Positions 8,728 to 17,195 are shown, counted from the stretch's first letter. The stretch is 64,000 bases of DNA from a bacterium (GCA_021824285.1 JAKAKZ010000002.1:1303-65302), one strand, 5' to 3'. Program-made: numbers and translations. Notes: generated by a model from the sequence alone, not told the origin.

Positions 8728-9042
8728 CTAGCGGCCGGTCGCGCGCTTCAGGTCCTCGACCCGTAAACGAACCAGACGGGCCGCCTCCTCTTTCGTCCGG
8801 ACCCCATCGAGCGCCTGCGCCAATTCGGCATCACCCACGACTTCGCGCACCCATTTCGCCAGATCGTTCTTCGGCGGATTGACGTGATAGGCAAAGATCT
8901 CATCGCTGATCGACGCAAGGCCGGCGGCAAATTCCTCCAAATTGAAAGCGACCAGATGCATATGCAGCCAGAATCCCTTCCACTTGGGCTCCACGTTGCG
9001 CAGATAATACTCCGCGCTCTCGCGGCTGACGTCGACGCTCAT
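8728..9042 (-). CDS. DUF5752-like small protein
   Basis: FAYHVNPPKNDLAKWVREVVGDAELAQAL motif. Paralogue of 26871-27248. Confidence 0.75.
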   Translation of the reverse strand: MSVDVSRESAEYYLRNVEPKWKGFWLHMHLVAFNLEEFAAGLASISDEIFAYHVNPPKNDLAKWVREVVGDAELAQALDGVRTKEEAARLVRLRVEDLKRATGR

Positions 9043-9144
9043 ACCACCAAATTATAGAAAGATAGCGGCCTGCTGGCAAACGGCATTGCTTTTTCCCAGC
9101 CAGACTGAAAAACTTAGTGCGCTCCTTAAACCTGCGAGATTCCG

Positions 9145-9519
9145 ATGTCCAAAAAGCAGAGCCGGCGCACACGCCGGTTCGCCAGGAAACTGGCCAACCG
9201 CTGCATCACGCTGCTCGAATCGGGGAAATGGCGGGTCATGTACATCGACATGGACGGCCGGCCGGAGGTCTGTCTCCCCTACGGTCTGGACCACAAGGCC
9301 GTCGGAACCTGCGACTACGCGAAAAAGACCCTGTTCATCGATTTCCGGCGTGACGTCATCAGCACGCTGGTCCATGAACTGCTCCACGCGCGCTTCCCGG
9401 ACTGGCCGGAGAGCCTGGTGGCCGAGCGGGAAAAGACCGTCATGGAGTACCTGAGCCCGCGGCAGGCCCGCAAGCTGCATTTGGCCATGGGCCGGTGGCT
9501 GGCCGTTCCCGGCGAATAA
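9145..9519 (+). CDS. Small HExxH zinc metallopeptidase-like protein
   Basis: GTCDYAKKTLFID...ISTLVHELLHARFPDWPE..V is a minimal zincin-like layout. Terminator at 9532-9560. Confidence 0.65.
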   Translation: MSKKQSRRTRRFARKLANRCITLLESGKWRVMYIDMDGRPEVCLPYGLDHKAVGTCDYAKKTLFIDFRRDVISTLVHELLHARFPDWPESLVAEREKTVMEYLSPRQARKLHLAMGRWLAVPGE

Positions 9520-9581
9520 GACGATTCACCCGATGCCCTCTTGGGCATCTTTTTTTATTTATGCCCGCGTCGCGGGAAATG

Positions 9582-9611
9582 AAAAACGGCCGCGCAAGAT
9601 GCGCGGCCGCG
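9582..9611 (-). terminator. Rho-independent terminator of the E2-E1-Ubl operon
   Basis: Minus-strand CGGCCGCGCA-TCT-TGCGCGGCCG followed by TTTTT. Confidence 0.75.
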
Positions 9612-9631
9612 AAGTCCTTGATGCCCGGCGC

Positions 9632-9889
9632 TTACGAGCCCCGGGGGCGCTCGGCGACCTCCACCTTGGCCTGCCGCGCGCGGGCGTCCACCTGGTCGCC
9701 CTGCTCGACGCAGACGTCGAGCGAGGCCGGCTGGCCGTTCAGCAGGATGTCCTTGTTCTCCGCCGAGATGCCGGCGGCCTTGAGGACCTCCCCGAGCTTG
9801 GCGCCCGTCTTCTTGACCTCGACCGTCTTGGTCGTGGTCCGGCCCTGGGTGGGCACCACCGTGATCGAGACCTTCAGAGTACCTGCCAT
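9632..9889 (-). CDS. Ubiquitin-like (ThiS/MoaD beta-grasp) protein
   Basis: 85 aa with the pattern KVSITVV..KTVEV..GAKLGEVLKAAGI....ILLNGQPASLD..VEQGDQV. It ends RPRGS, has the RBS AAGGAG, and lies directly downstream of ThiF. Confidence 0.8.
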   Translation of the reverse strand: MAGTLKVSITVVPTQGRTTTKTVEVKKTGAKLGEVLKAAGISAENKDILLNGQPASLDVCVEQGDQVDARARQAKVEVAERPRGS

Positions 9890-9916
9890 CGTCGTCTCCT
9901 TGGTTTACTGCGGGGT

Positions 9917-10567
9917 TCAGTCGGCGAGGAGCTTCATCTCCCCGGCCAACCACTTCAGGTGCCGCCTGGTCTTACCATAAGTCCAGACGTTGGTCAACGA
10001 CATGACCGCCAGGGCCGTCGCCATCTTGGCCACCGGATCGAGCCCGTGCTCGCCGCACATCGGCCGCAACGCGGCCTCATCCGGGTAGAGGAAGTGCTCG
10101 TAGTAGGCGATGTCGTCCTGGTCGGACGGATTCACCGCGAACACCGAGACCAGCTCGATGGCCACGCGGGTATCCACGAGGATGCCCACGTTCGGGTTCT
10201 GGCGCACGGCCTCCCAGATGAGGCGCCGGGCGGCCATCGAATCCACGCAGGCGACGACCGCGTCGCGGAGCGGTTCGCCTGCGTAACGGCGCTCCTCCGC
10301 GACGATGTCCAGACCGCTCTGCTCGCGGACGATCTCCGCGAGCGCCCGGACCTTGTAGACGCCGAGATCAGCCGGCCGGTAGGCCGACATGCAGATGTTG
10401 TGCGACTCCACGCAGTCGTGGTCGAACACGCGGAGCCGCTCCACTCCGATCTTGGCGAGTGAACAGACGACCTGGCTGCCGACCGAACCGGCGCCGATGA
10501 CGGTCACCGGGCGGGCCGCGGCCGGATCGAAGATGTTGTCCTGCTGCGAGCGGTTGAGCGCGGTCAT
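9917..10567 (-). CDS. ThiF/E1-family adenylyltransferase
   Basis: VTVIGAGSVGS, FDHDCVESHN, GVYKV, VACVDSMAAR, VDTR and a candidate catalytic Cys in RPMCG. Start ATG at 10567 overlaps the upstream stop (ATGA) after GGAGGTG. Confidence 0.93.
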   Translation of the reverse strand: MTALNRSQQDNIFDPAAARPVTVIGAGSVGSQVVCSLAKIGVERLRVFDHDCVESHNICMSAYRPADLGVYKVRALAEIVREQSGLDIVAEERRYAGEPLRDAVVACVDSMAARRLIWEAVRQNPNVGILVDTRVAIELVSVFAVNPSDQDDIAYYEHFLYPDEAALRPMCGEHGLDPVAKMATALAVMSLTNVWTYGKTRRHLKWLAGEMKLLAD

Positions 10568-11982
10568 GACGCCACCTCCGAAGTCAGCTGTGTTGCCGGC
10601 GGTGCCGCTTCGGCCGACTGCGCCTCCACCGGCCATTCCTCGATCTTTACCTCGGCCGACTCGGGCGAGTAGCCGTCGCGCAGCCAGCGCACCATCAGGC
10701 GGAACAGGTCCGCGATGCGCAGTTCGCCGGCCGCTTTCGCGATGACATCCGACGCGTTGCCGTAGCACGGCACGCCGTCCTTGGCGATGTGCGGGTGCGG
10801 CACGCCCTTCGGGTGCCGCGGCGCCTCGCTCCAGACCGCAACCGCGCCGTATTTGCCCAACCGGACCGTGAAACTGCCCAGCTGGTAGCGGCGGCCATCG
10901 TGCGCGATGACGATCGGCTTGGTCACGAGATGCAGGCCGTCGTCCAGGAAACGCATGTCAGCCAGATCCTGGTCGGCCAGCAAGGCCGCGAAATCCTCCC
11001 GTGGCCGGAACTTCAGCGCCGTGGTGAACGCCGGCGAAGTGAACTGCGCCAGCATCGCCTCGTAGATGCGCTTCTGGCGGTACGCCTCGGCCTGCCGTTT
11101 CTGCAGTTCTGCGAGGGTCTCCTCGATCTTCGCCAGCTCGTCGCGGAAGTTCTTCTCCACATAACCGCTCCAGCCGGCGACCGTCGCGGCGAAGTCACGG
11201 CGCGTCGGCCGACGGTGCCCGTCATTCATGACGAGCGCCGCCTGCCGCGCCTCCCAAGACTTGGCCAGGAGCTTGGCAAAAATGAGGTCGCTCACGTGCT
11301 GGTAATAGTGGCTGACCACCGGCACGAGCAGGTAGAAGTTCAGGCCCAGGGCCTGCACCACCGGCTTGCCGGCCTCGTCTTTCACCACCAGGCCGCGGCC
11401 ATGCGTCGGTCCGTTGCAGACCACGGCGTGACCGTCCTTATGCGGACACAAGCCGAACAGCAGCGCTTCATAGCGGCTGTTGGCGTCGCCGGGCGGCGTC
11501 GCGTTGGCGAAGAAGTGCGCGGTCGTGCCGTCGTCGGGGAACGGCGCGCGGACCGATCCGCCGCCGAGATGCACCGCTGCCTTCAGTCCGGTCAGCCGGC
11601 TGAACAGCTCAAGCGCCGGTTGGTAATAGCGCATGATGCGGCGGCGCTTTTCCAGCTCCGCCGGGTCGAGCTTATCGCCGTAATTGACCGTGGCCTTCTG
11701 GGGCGGCGGCAGGACAAGCGTCACGAGCCGGTCGCGGATCGTGCCCTTGAAAAGGCTTTTCCGCTCGACCGGGATCTTCAGGACCGAAGCCGCCCTGACG
11801 GCATCTAACGCCCCGAAAGGCGTGGCGTTGCCGAAGAGCAGGACATCGATGAAATAATCCTGTATCGCCAGGCGCGCTTTCCGGCCCTTGAGTCCGTGCG
11901 CGGCCAGCTCCGCTACCTTGCCAGCGGCCGCGTAAGCCGGGAAGGCCAGCGGACCGCGGTACTGCTCGGAACTTTTTTTCAT
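10564..11982 (-). CDS. Prokaryotic E2-like (UBC-fold) protein with large N-terminal region and coiled coil
   Basis: C-terminal YQLGSFTVRL...PHPHIAKDGVPCYGN matches the E2 HP(H/N)I-x3-G-x2-C signature. Coiled coil EKNFRDELAKIEETLAELQKRQAEAYRQK. Start ATG at 11982 after AAGGAGAG. Confidence 0.75.
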   Translation of the reverse strand: MKKSSEQYRGPLAFPAYAAAGKVAELAAHGLKGRKARLAIQDYFIDVLLFGNATPFGALDAVRAASVLKIPVERKSLFKGTIRDRLVTLVLPPPQKATVNYGDKLDPAELEKRRRIMRYYQPALELFSRLTGLKAAVHLGGGSVRAPFPDDGTTAHFFANATPPGDANSRYEALLFGLCPHKDGHAVVCNGPTHGRGLVVKDEAGKPVVQALGLNFYLLVPVVSHYYQHVSDLIFAKLLAKSWEARQAALVMNDGHRRPTRRDFAATVAGWSGYVEKNFRDELAKIEETLAELQKRQAEAYRQKRIYEAMLAQFTSPAFTTALKFRPREDFAALLADQDLADMRFLDDGLHLVTKPIVIAHDGRRYQLGSFTVRLGKYGAVAVWSEAPRHPKGVPHPHIAKDGVPCYGNASDVIAKAAGELRIADLFRLMVRWLRDGYSPESAEVKIEEWPVEAQSAEAAPPATQLTSEVAS

Positions 11983-12033
11983 TCGTCTCTCCTTGATTTT
12001 CAAGCAGCGGCCGCCATTCCAGGCGGACGCGCG

Positions 12034-12062
12034 ACCTTAACACAAGGCGCCTGCTTTTTCAA
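12034..12062 (-). promoter_or_regulatory. Sigma70-type promoter of the E2-E1-Ubl operon
   Basis: TTGAAA-17 bp-TAAGGT on the minus strand, with TG upstream of the -10 element. Confidence 0.55.
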
Positions 12063-12119
12063 GACCCTAAACGGCGGGGAAGATCGCGCGACAAAAAAAC
12101 GCGCCTGCAGCGGCGCGTT

Positions 12120-12620
12120 TCAACGAAGTTCGAACCGTCCTTCCGTGAGCCGAATCGCCTTCCGACGGGCCAGACGACGACAGACATCCCATGCCTGCGC
12201 CGTCGGCATCTGAAGCAACGAGGCGGCCTCCGGAACAGTGAGCGAGGAAGCCAGCCGCAGGCCAAGATACTGGCCGTTCCGGAAACGCTTGGCCAGGTCG
12301 AGCATGGCGTCGTCCGGTCCCAGGGCCAGCCAATCGCGGCAGCAGTCCCGCGCCAGCCTCAGCCGGGTGTCCGCCATGACCGACTCCTTGGCCGCGCACG
12401 GCACGCCGGGGCTGACCTTCCGCCAGGCGAGCCGCGCGGACCGCCCGGTCCAGACAGTCTCGAAATCGCACTCGCAGAGCAGGTGGAAATCGGCGATGCC
12501 CGCCTGCTGGTTCTCCAGGCGTACGTGAAACACGGCGTGGCCGCGACGGGTCCAGCGGCACAGAACGCGGACGCGGCAGTTGCCGATGGCAACGCCGTCC
12601 TTCAGGTTGAGGGGCATCAC
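12120..12620 (-). CDS. Hypothetical protein with possible C-terminal winged HTH
   Basis: GTG start after CAGGAG. The C-terminus SLTVPEAASLLQMPTAQAWDVCRRLARRKAIRLTEGRFEL is wHTH-like. Own terminator at 12093-12120. Confidence 0.55.
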   Translation of the reverse strand: MMPLNLKDGVAIGNCRVRVLCRWTRRGHAVFHVRLENQQAGIADFHLLCECDFETVWTGRSARLAWRKVSPGVPCAAKESVMADTRLRLARDCCRDWLALGPDDAMLDLAKRFRNGQYLGLRLASSLTVPEAASLLQMPTAQAWDVCRRLARRKAIRLTEGRFELR

Positions 12621-12744
12621 GGCTCCTGCGGTAAAAGGGCTGACGCCAATATAGCCGACGGTCGGCTGCGGTCAAGCGGCGGCCTCGACCGGCAGCGCCG
12701 TTCCATGTTAAACTTTCTTCAAGAATCAACCTAATCATAATCAT

Positions 12745-13065
12745 ATGGGCAAGAAAGGACTGGTCACCGGACTAGCGGCCGGAGCGCTGCTCGGCGCGGT
12801 CGCGGCGCTCGTCATGAAGATGAGCGACAAGGAGCGCTCGGCGAAGATGAAGGCCGTGGAGAAGGCGGCCAAGGACATCTCGAAGAAAGTCGTGAAACAC
12901 GCCAAGACCCTCGGCCAGGTCTCCAAGTCCGCCTACCACCAGATCGTGGACACCACGGTCGCGGAATACGGCGGCGCCAAGTCGCTTTCCGCGAGCGACC
13001 TGTCCGCGCTCAAGAAGGAGCTCAAAGCCGACTGGCAGCGGCTGTCGAAGATCCTGAAGGGCTGA
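12745..13065 (+). CDS. YtxH-like small membrane-anchored protein
   Basis: GLVTGLAAGALLGAVAALVM followed by a basic helical region. Confidence 0.65.
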   Translation: MGKKGLVTGLAAGALLGAVAALVMKMSDKERSAKMKAVEKAAKDISKKVVKHAKTLGQVSKSAYHQIVDTTVAEYGGAKSLSASDLSALKKELKADWQRLSKILKG

Positions 13066-13086
13066 CCGGCGGCTCAAAAGTTCGGG

Positions 13087-13150
13087 GTTGCCCCGCCCGC
13101 CATCTTCAGTCAAAGAAAGCGGGGTCCCGCCTAAAGAGGCGGGAAAAGTT
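13087..13150 (+). repeat. Dispersed two-hairpin repeat, copy 3
   Basis: GTTGCCCCGCCCGCCATCTTCAGTCAAAGAAAGCGGGGTCCCGCCTAAAGAGGCGGGAAAAGTT. Confidence 0.85.
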
Positions 13151-13238
13151 GAAAGTTACCGCAAAAATCGCGCCTTCTGGCGCGATTTTTCATTCTCCAG
13201 ATTCCAACCCCGACGGTTACCCCGCTACCTGATTTATA

Positions 13239-14777
13239 TTATTTCTCTCCGCCATGCATGGCCCTAATGAACGCGATGGCCTGCTCATGGTCGTTAACCT
13301 GACCGTTGAGCTGCGCCTCGTGCAGCTCGGCCAGAAAATGGCCGACTTCCGGGCCGGGCCCCGCTCCCGTGATCGCCATCACATCTTCTCCGGAGGCCAA
13401 TCGGGACGGCTTGGCGGCCGCTGCGCCGAATTCCCGCTCCAAGGCCGTGACTGCGGCCAGCGTGGTCTTGAGATTAGTGAGATCTGGCCGGCCATTCTCC
13501 GGGATGCTGGCCGAGGCGTCGGCGAAAGCCAGATGGAGCAGCTCGCGCCCGAGAGTCCGGTCGGCCAGAAAATGCCGCGCCAGGGTGGACTTGCGGGCGT
13601 TGACCGCATCGATCATGTTCGGAAAAAGGTGCAGCCGGACCAGCTCCGCCAGGCGCTGTGTCTCGACCGCCAGCCCATCGACTGAGGAAAATTTCAATCT
13701 ATTGGCGATCTGCCGGGCCGTCTCCGCGCCACGCTCGGGATGCCCGTAGAAGGTCGCCTTGTCGCCGTTCCAGGCCGCGGTCTGCGGCTTGGCGATGTCG
13801 TGGAGCAGGACCGCCATGATCGCCTCTGGGGTCGGCCGCTCGCCAGGGAAGAAAGCGGCGAATTCCGGCGATACGAGATTGGCGACCGCCAGCTTCGTAT
13901 GAGTCCAGACGTCGCCCTCGCTATGGTGGTTCTTCGGCTGACGGCAGCCGCGCAGCGGCAGAAGCTCGGGGATCAGCCGGAAAAGCACGCCGCTCTCCTC
14001 GAACAGGTCGAGCGCGCGGACCGGCTCGGCGGCGAGCGCCTTCAGGAATTCCTTGGAGGCCGTTTCATACGGGACGACCCGCTCCTCTCGGGTGCCGATT
14101 GCGCGCACGTCATCAAGGTGCGGCATGACGCGCACCAGTGCCTCCCAGGTCTGCGGTTCTATCTGAAATCCGAGTTGACAGGCAAAACGGATGGCGCGCA
14201 GCATGCGGGAATAGTCCTCCTGGAACCGTTCGGCCGGCACGCCGACCGCCCGGATGACTCGGTGCCGCAGATCGTCCAGGCCATGGAACGGGTCCGTGAC
14301 CAGCCCGGCGCGCAGGTCGAAGGCGATGGCGTTCACGCTGAAATCGCGGCGCGCCAGATCGCGTTCAATGCTCAATGCCGAATCGGCCTGTACGCGAAAA
14401 TCGCGGTAGCCACCGCTCTTGCCGGCTATTTCCGTCCGCGGCCAGGCGACGTCCACGGCTCCGTCGCCCGGCAGCCGATCACCGGCGGTATATTTGAGCA
14501 CGCCAAAATTGCGGCCGACCAGATCCACCCGTCCGGTCTCACCGAGCGCGGCGGACAGCTCGTCAAGATCGACCTGCCGCACCACCAAGTCGAAATCCTT
14601 CGTGGAACGGCCCAGTATCGCGTCGCGCACCGCACCGCCGACAACGTAGAATGAAGCCTGGGGGAACCGCTTGCTCAAGGGCTTAAGGAACGCCAACTGG
14701 CGCTCGCCCGCGAAATACGCGGCCAAATAGCGCTCCAGATCTTCCTTGTTCAACCGCTGAATGTCTTCTGGCTTCAT
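13239..14777 (-). CDS. cca: CCA tRNA nucleotidyltransferase with HD domain
   Basis: VVGGAVRDAILGRSTKDFDL, DLARRDFSVNAIA, RFQEDYSRMLRAIRF, and HD motifs (HHSEGDVWTHT, LLHDIAKP). Likely start MKPED at 14777. Confidence 0.92.
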   Translation of the reverse strand: MKPEDIQRLNKEDLERYLAAYFAGERQLAFLKPLSKRFPQASFYVVGGAVRDAILGRSTKDFDLVVRQVDLDELSAALGETGRVDLVGRNFGVLKYTAGDRLPGDGAVDVAWPRTEIAGKSGGYRDFRVQADSALSIERDLARRDFSVNAIAFDLRAGLVTDPFHGLDDLRHRVIRAVGVPAERFQEDYSRMLRAIRFACQLGFQIEPQTWEALVRVMPHLDDVRAIGTREERVVPYETASKEFLKALAAEPVRALDLFEESGVLFRLIPELLPLRGCRQPKNHHSEGDVWTHTKLAVANLVSPEFAAFFPGERPTPEAIMAVLLHDIAKPQTAAWNGDKATFYGHPERGAETARQIANRLKFSSVDGLAVETQRLAELVRLHLFPNMIDAVNARKSTLARHFLADRTLGRELLHLAFADASASIPENGRPDLTNLKTTLAAVTALEREFGAAAAKPSRLASGEDVMAITGAGPGPEVGHFLAELHEAQLNGQVNDHEQAIAFIRAMHGGEK

Positions 14778-14963
14778 ATTATTATAGCTGCCATCAGAAT
14801 ATCGCAGGGTGGCGTACTGGGGCAAATCTGATCGGACGGTCGAGAGTCCAAAGTTGAGAGTTGAAAGCAATAGCCGCCGACTCGCAACTTTCAACCGACC
14901 GATTGACACTCCGCGCGATTTCCCCTACGTTCCAGCCAACGACAGCCCAGGAGGCTCTTTCCA

Positions 14964-15827
14964 ATGCGCGACCGTAAATGCGAAAAGCGGGCCGAAGCAG
15001 CGGCCAAAAAGATCAACCAGCGTCTCGTCACGCGCGGCACCAAAATCGGCATCGTGCTCGGCACGGGCTGGGGCGACCTTCTCCCCCTGGAGCGGAAGCG
15101 CGAACTGGAGTTCGCGGAAATCCCCGGTTTCACCGAGCTGCGCGAGCTGCCGGGCCACGCCCGCCGCGTCGCGGCCGGCGAAGTCGGCGGGGTTCCGGTC
15201 GTGGCGCTCCGCGGCCGGATCCACCTGAACGAGGCCCCGGTCAGCCGCCGCCTCGCCGAAATGGCCCGTCTGCAGATCGAGATGCTGCTCAAGACCGGCG
15301 TCGACACGCTCATCCTGACCTGCGCGGCCGGTTCCGTGAACTACCCGCCGGGCATCGGCGACGTCTGCGTCGTGGACGGATTCGTCACCCTTTTCGCGCC
15401 GGAAATGCCGCTCTACGCCGGCGAGTTCTGCTCGCCGGAGGACACGCTCGACCGCGGCCTGCTCCAGCTGGCGCTCGAGGCCGGCCGGCAGATACCGCTC
15501 GACCGCCGCGACGTGCCGCAGGGCGAGAGACCGTTCGTCTGCCGCGGCGGCCACGCCATGGTGCGCGGTCCCTTCTTCGAAGGGCGCCGCTACGACAAGA
15601 ACTTTCTGGCGCAGACCGGCGCCCGCGTCGTCGGCATGAGCGTCCTCCCCGAGGCCTGCGTGGCCGCGCTCTATCCAGGCACGCGAGTGCTGGCCCTGGC
15701 CTTCGTGACCAACGGCCCGTCGGAAGTCCACTCGCACGAGGAGAACCTCGCGCGGTCCAAGGCCGCGGCCGCCACGCTCGGCGGCTACCTGCAGGACATC
15801 ATCACGAAAATCAAGTCAACTTCCTGA
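14964..15827 (+). CDS. Purine-nucleoside phosphorylase (trimeric PNP/PunA type)
   Basis: IGIVLGTGWG, PGHA, RGRIHLNE, LILTCAAGS, GPFFE, VVGMSVLPE, VTN and HEE. Promoter TTGACA-17-TACGTT at 14903-14931. Confidence 0.9.
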   Translation: MRDRKCEKRAEAAAKKINQRLVTRGTKIGIVLGTGWGDLLPLERKRELEFAEIPGFTELRELPGHARRVAAGEVGGVPVVALRGRIHLNEAPVSRRLAEMARLQIEMLLKTGVDTLILTCAAGSVNYPPGIGDVCVVDGFVTLFAPEMPLYAGEFCSPEDTLDRGLLQLALEAGRQIPLDRRDVPQGERPFVCRGGHAMVRGPFFEGRRYDKNFLAQTGARVVGMSVLPEACVAALYPGTRVLALAFVTNGPSEVHSHEENLARSKAAAATLGGYLQDIITKIKSTS

Positions 15828-15884
15828 CGCGCTACGGCGCGTCTTTTTAGTCCCTGGCGGCAGGTTCCGACAGTATTGACTACA

Positions 15885-15900
15885 TGCAAATCGATTTGCA
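15885..15900. promoter_or_regulatory. Candidate Fur/Zur operator
   Basis: Perfect 16-bp palindrome TGCAAATCGATTTGCA between TTGACT (15876-15881) and an AATAAT -10-like element upstream of the Fur-family gene. Confidence 0.65.
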
Positions 15901-15913
15901 ATAATACCTCCAT

Positions 15914-16279
15914 ATGACCGCCGCGGAACTGAAGACCAGCCTGAAAAAAAGCGGTTTGCGCTCCACCAAGGACCGCTGCCGGATCCTGGAGCGCTTCGCC
16001 GAACAGCGCACCTGGACCGTGCCGGAGCTTTACCAGACGCTCCGCTCCATGGACCTCTCGACCGTCTACCGCAACGTCCAGAAGCTGGCGGACAGCGGGC
16101 TGCTCGCCGTAGCCCACCTGCATGACCGCCAGCCGCACTACGAGCTGACCGACCGCTCCCACCACGCCCACCTGATCTGCGAACGCTGCCGGACCGCGGA
16201 GTGCGTCCCCTGCCCGATCGACCGGCTCGGCACGCGGCACGAACTCGAACTCAAGGGCCTCTGTTCGGCCTGCAGTTAA
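15914..16279 (+). CDS. zur: Fur-family regulator (Zur-like)
   Basis: GLRST..R, STVYRN, HHAHLICERC and C-terminal GLCSAC. First gene of a Zn ABC operon. Confidence 0.85.
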   Translation: MTAAELKTSLKKSGLRSTKDRCRILERFAEQRTWTVPELYQTLRSMDLSTVYRNVQKLADSGLLAVAHLHDRQPHYELTDRSHHAHLICERCRTAECVPCPIDRLGTRHELELKGLCSACS

Positions 16280-16301
16280 CATAACTATCCCGCACCAAGA
16301 C

Positions 16302-17195
16302 ATGAACACCAGCAAAACGGCTGTCGCCGGCCTCGTGGCCTTCGTTGCGCTCGCCGCTCTGGCGATCGCGATCGCCCTGCGGCCGACCGGCCTCCCAGTC
16401 CCATCCGCCGCCGAACGGAAGGTCGCGGCCACGATCTTCCCGCTCTACGACATCGCGCGCCACCTGACCGGCGAGGGAATCGAGGTGGTGCTGGTCACGC
16501 CGCCCGGGGCGAATCCGCATACCTTCGAACCGAAACCGTCACTCATCCGCGACCTGCGCGGCGCAGTCTCGCTTTACGCCATCGGTCACGGGCTGGACGA
16601 TTGGATCGACCCGGTGCTGGCCGCCGAACCGAGCATGAAAAAAATTGTCGTGGACCGGGGCATCAGCCTGCTCGACTCCACGGAAGACGAGGGAACTGAC
16701 CCGCACTACTGGCTTGATGCCCAAAACGGACTTCTGATCGCCGAAACCATCGCGGCCGACCTGACGCTCTCCTTCCCCGACCGGTCGGAGGAAATACGCC
16801 GCAATCTGGCCGCCTATGAGGATGCGCTTCGCGCCGCCGACACGGAAATCAGAAAAGAGCTCGAACCGCTGGCGAAGCGCGACCTGGTGACGCTCCATGA
16901 CGCCTGGTACTACTTCGCCGAAGCCTATGGCCTCCACGTGATCGGCTCGTTCGAGCCGTCGCCGGGACGCCAGCCGTCGCCGCAGTATATCGCCGCCCTA
17001 CGCAACGCCATCCGCCTCAGCGGCACCAAAACCGTGTATACTGAACCGCAGATATCCGCTTCCGGACTGCAATCCTTTATCCAAGATAACGGCCTGCGGC
17101 TCGTCGAGCTCGATCCCTTCGGCGGGATCGGCAATCGCCAAAGCTATATCGCCGTCTTACGCTACAATGCCGAATTCATCCTCCACAACCAATAA
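16302..17195 (+). CDS. znuA: Zn/Mn ABC transporter substrate-binding protein
   Basis: PPGANPHTFEP, DPHYWLD, HDAWYYFAEAYGL and LDP motifs. Confidence 0.92.
   Translation: MNTSKTAVAGLVAFVALAALAIAIALRPTGLPVPSAAERKVAATIFPLYDIARHLTGEGIEVVLVTPPGANPHTFEPKPSLIRDLRGAVSLYAIGHGLDDWIDPVLAAEPSMKKIVVDRGISLLDSTEDEGTDPHYWLDAQNGLLIAETIAADLTLSFPDRSEEIRRNLAAYEDALRAADTEIRKELEPLAKRDLVTLHDAWYYFAEAYGLHVIGSFEPSPGRQPSPQYIAALRNAIRLSGTKTVYTEPQISASGLQSFIQDNGLRLVELDPFGGIGNRQSYIAVLRYNAEFILHNQ

Noticed and set aside
9917-10567. ThiF plus ThiS-like pair read as thiamine or molybdopterin biosynthesis
   Set aside because: No thiG, moaE or sulfur-donor genes nearby, the Ubl lacks GG, and the E1 is translationally coupled to an E2-like gene.
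10568-10768. N-terminal extension of ThiF in the ORF track, and similar extensions at 14909, 18714, 21942, 22049, 36469, 39082, 46109 and 60135
   Set aside because: These overlap neighbouring genes or promoters. Downstream ATGs with an RBS, translational coupling or a domain start are better supported.
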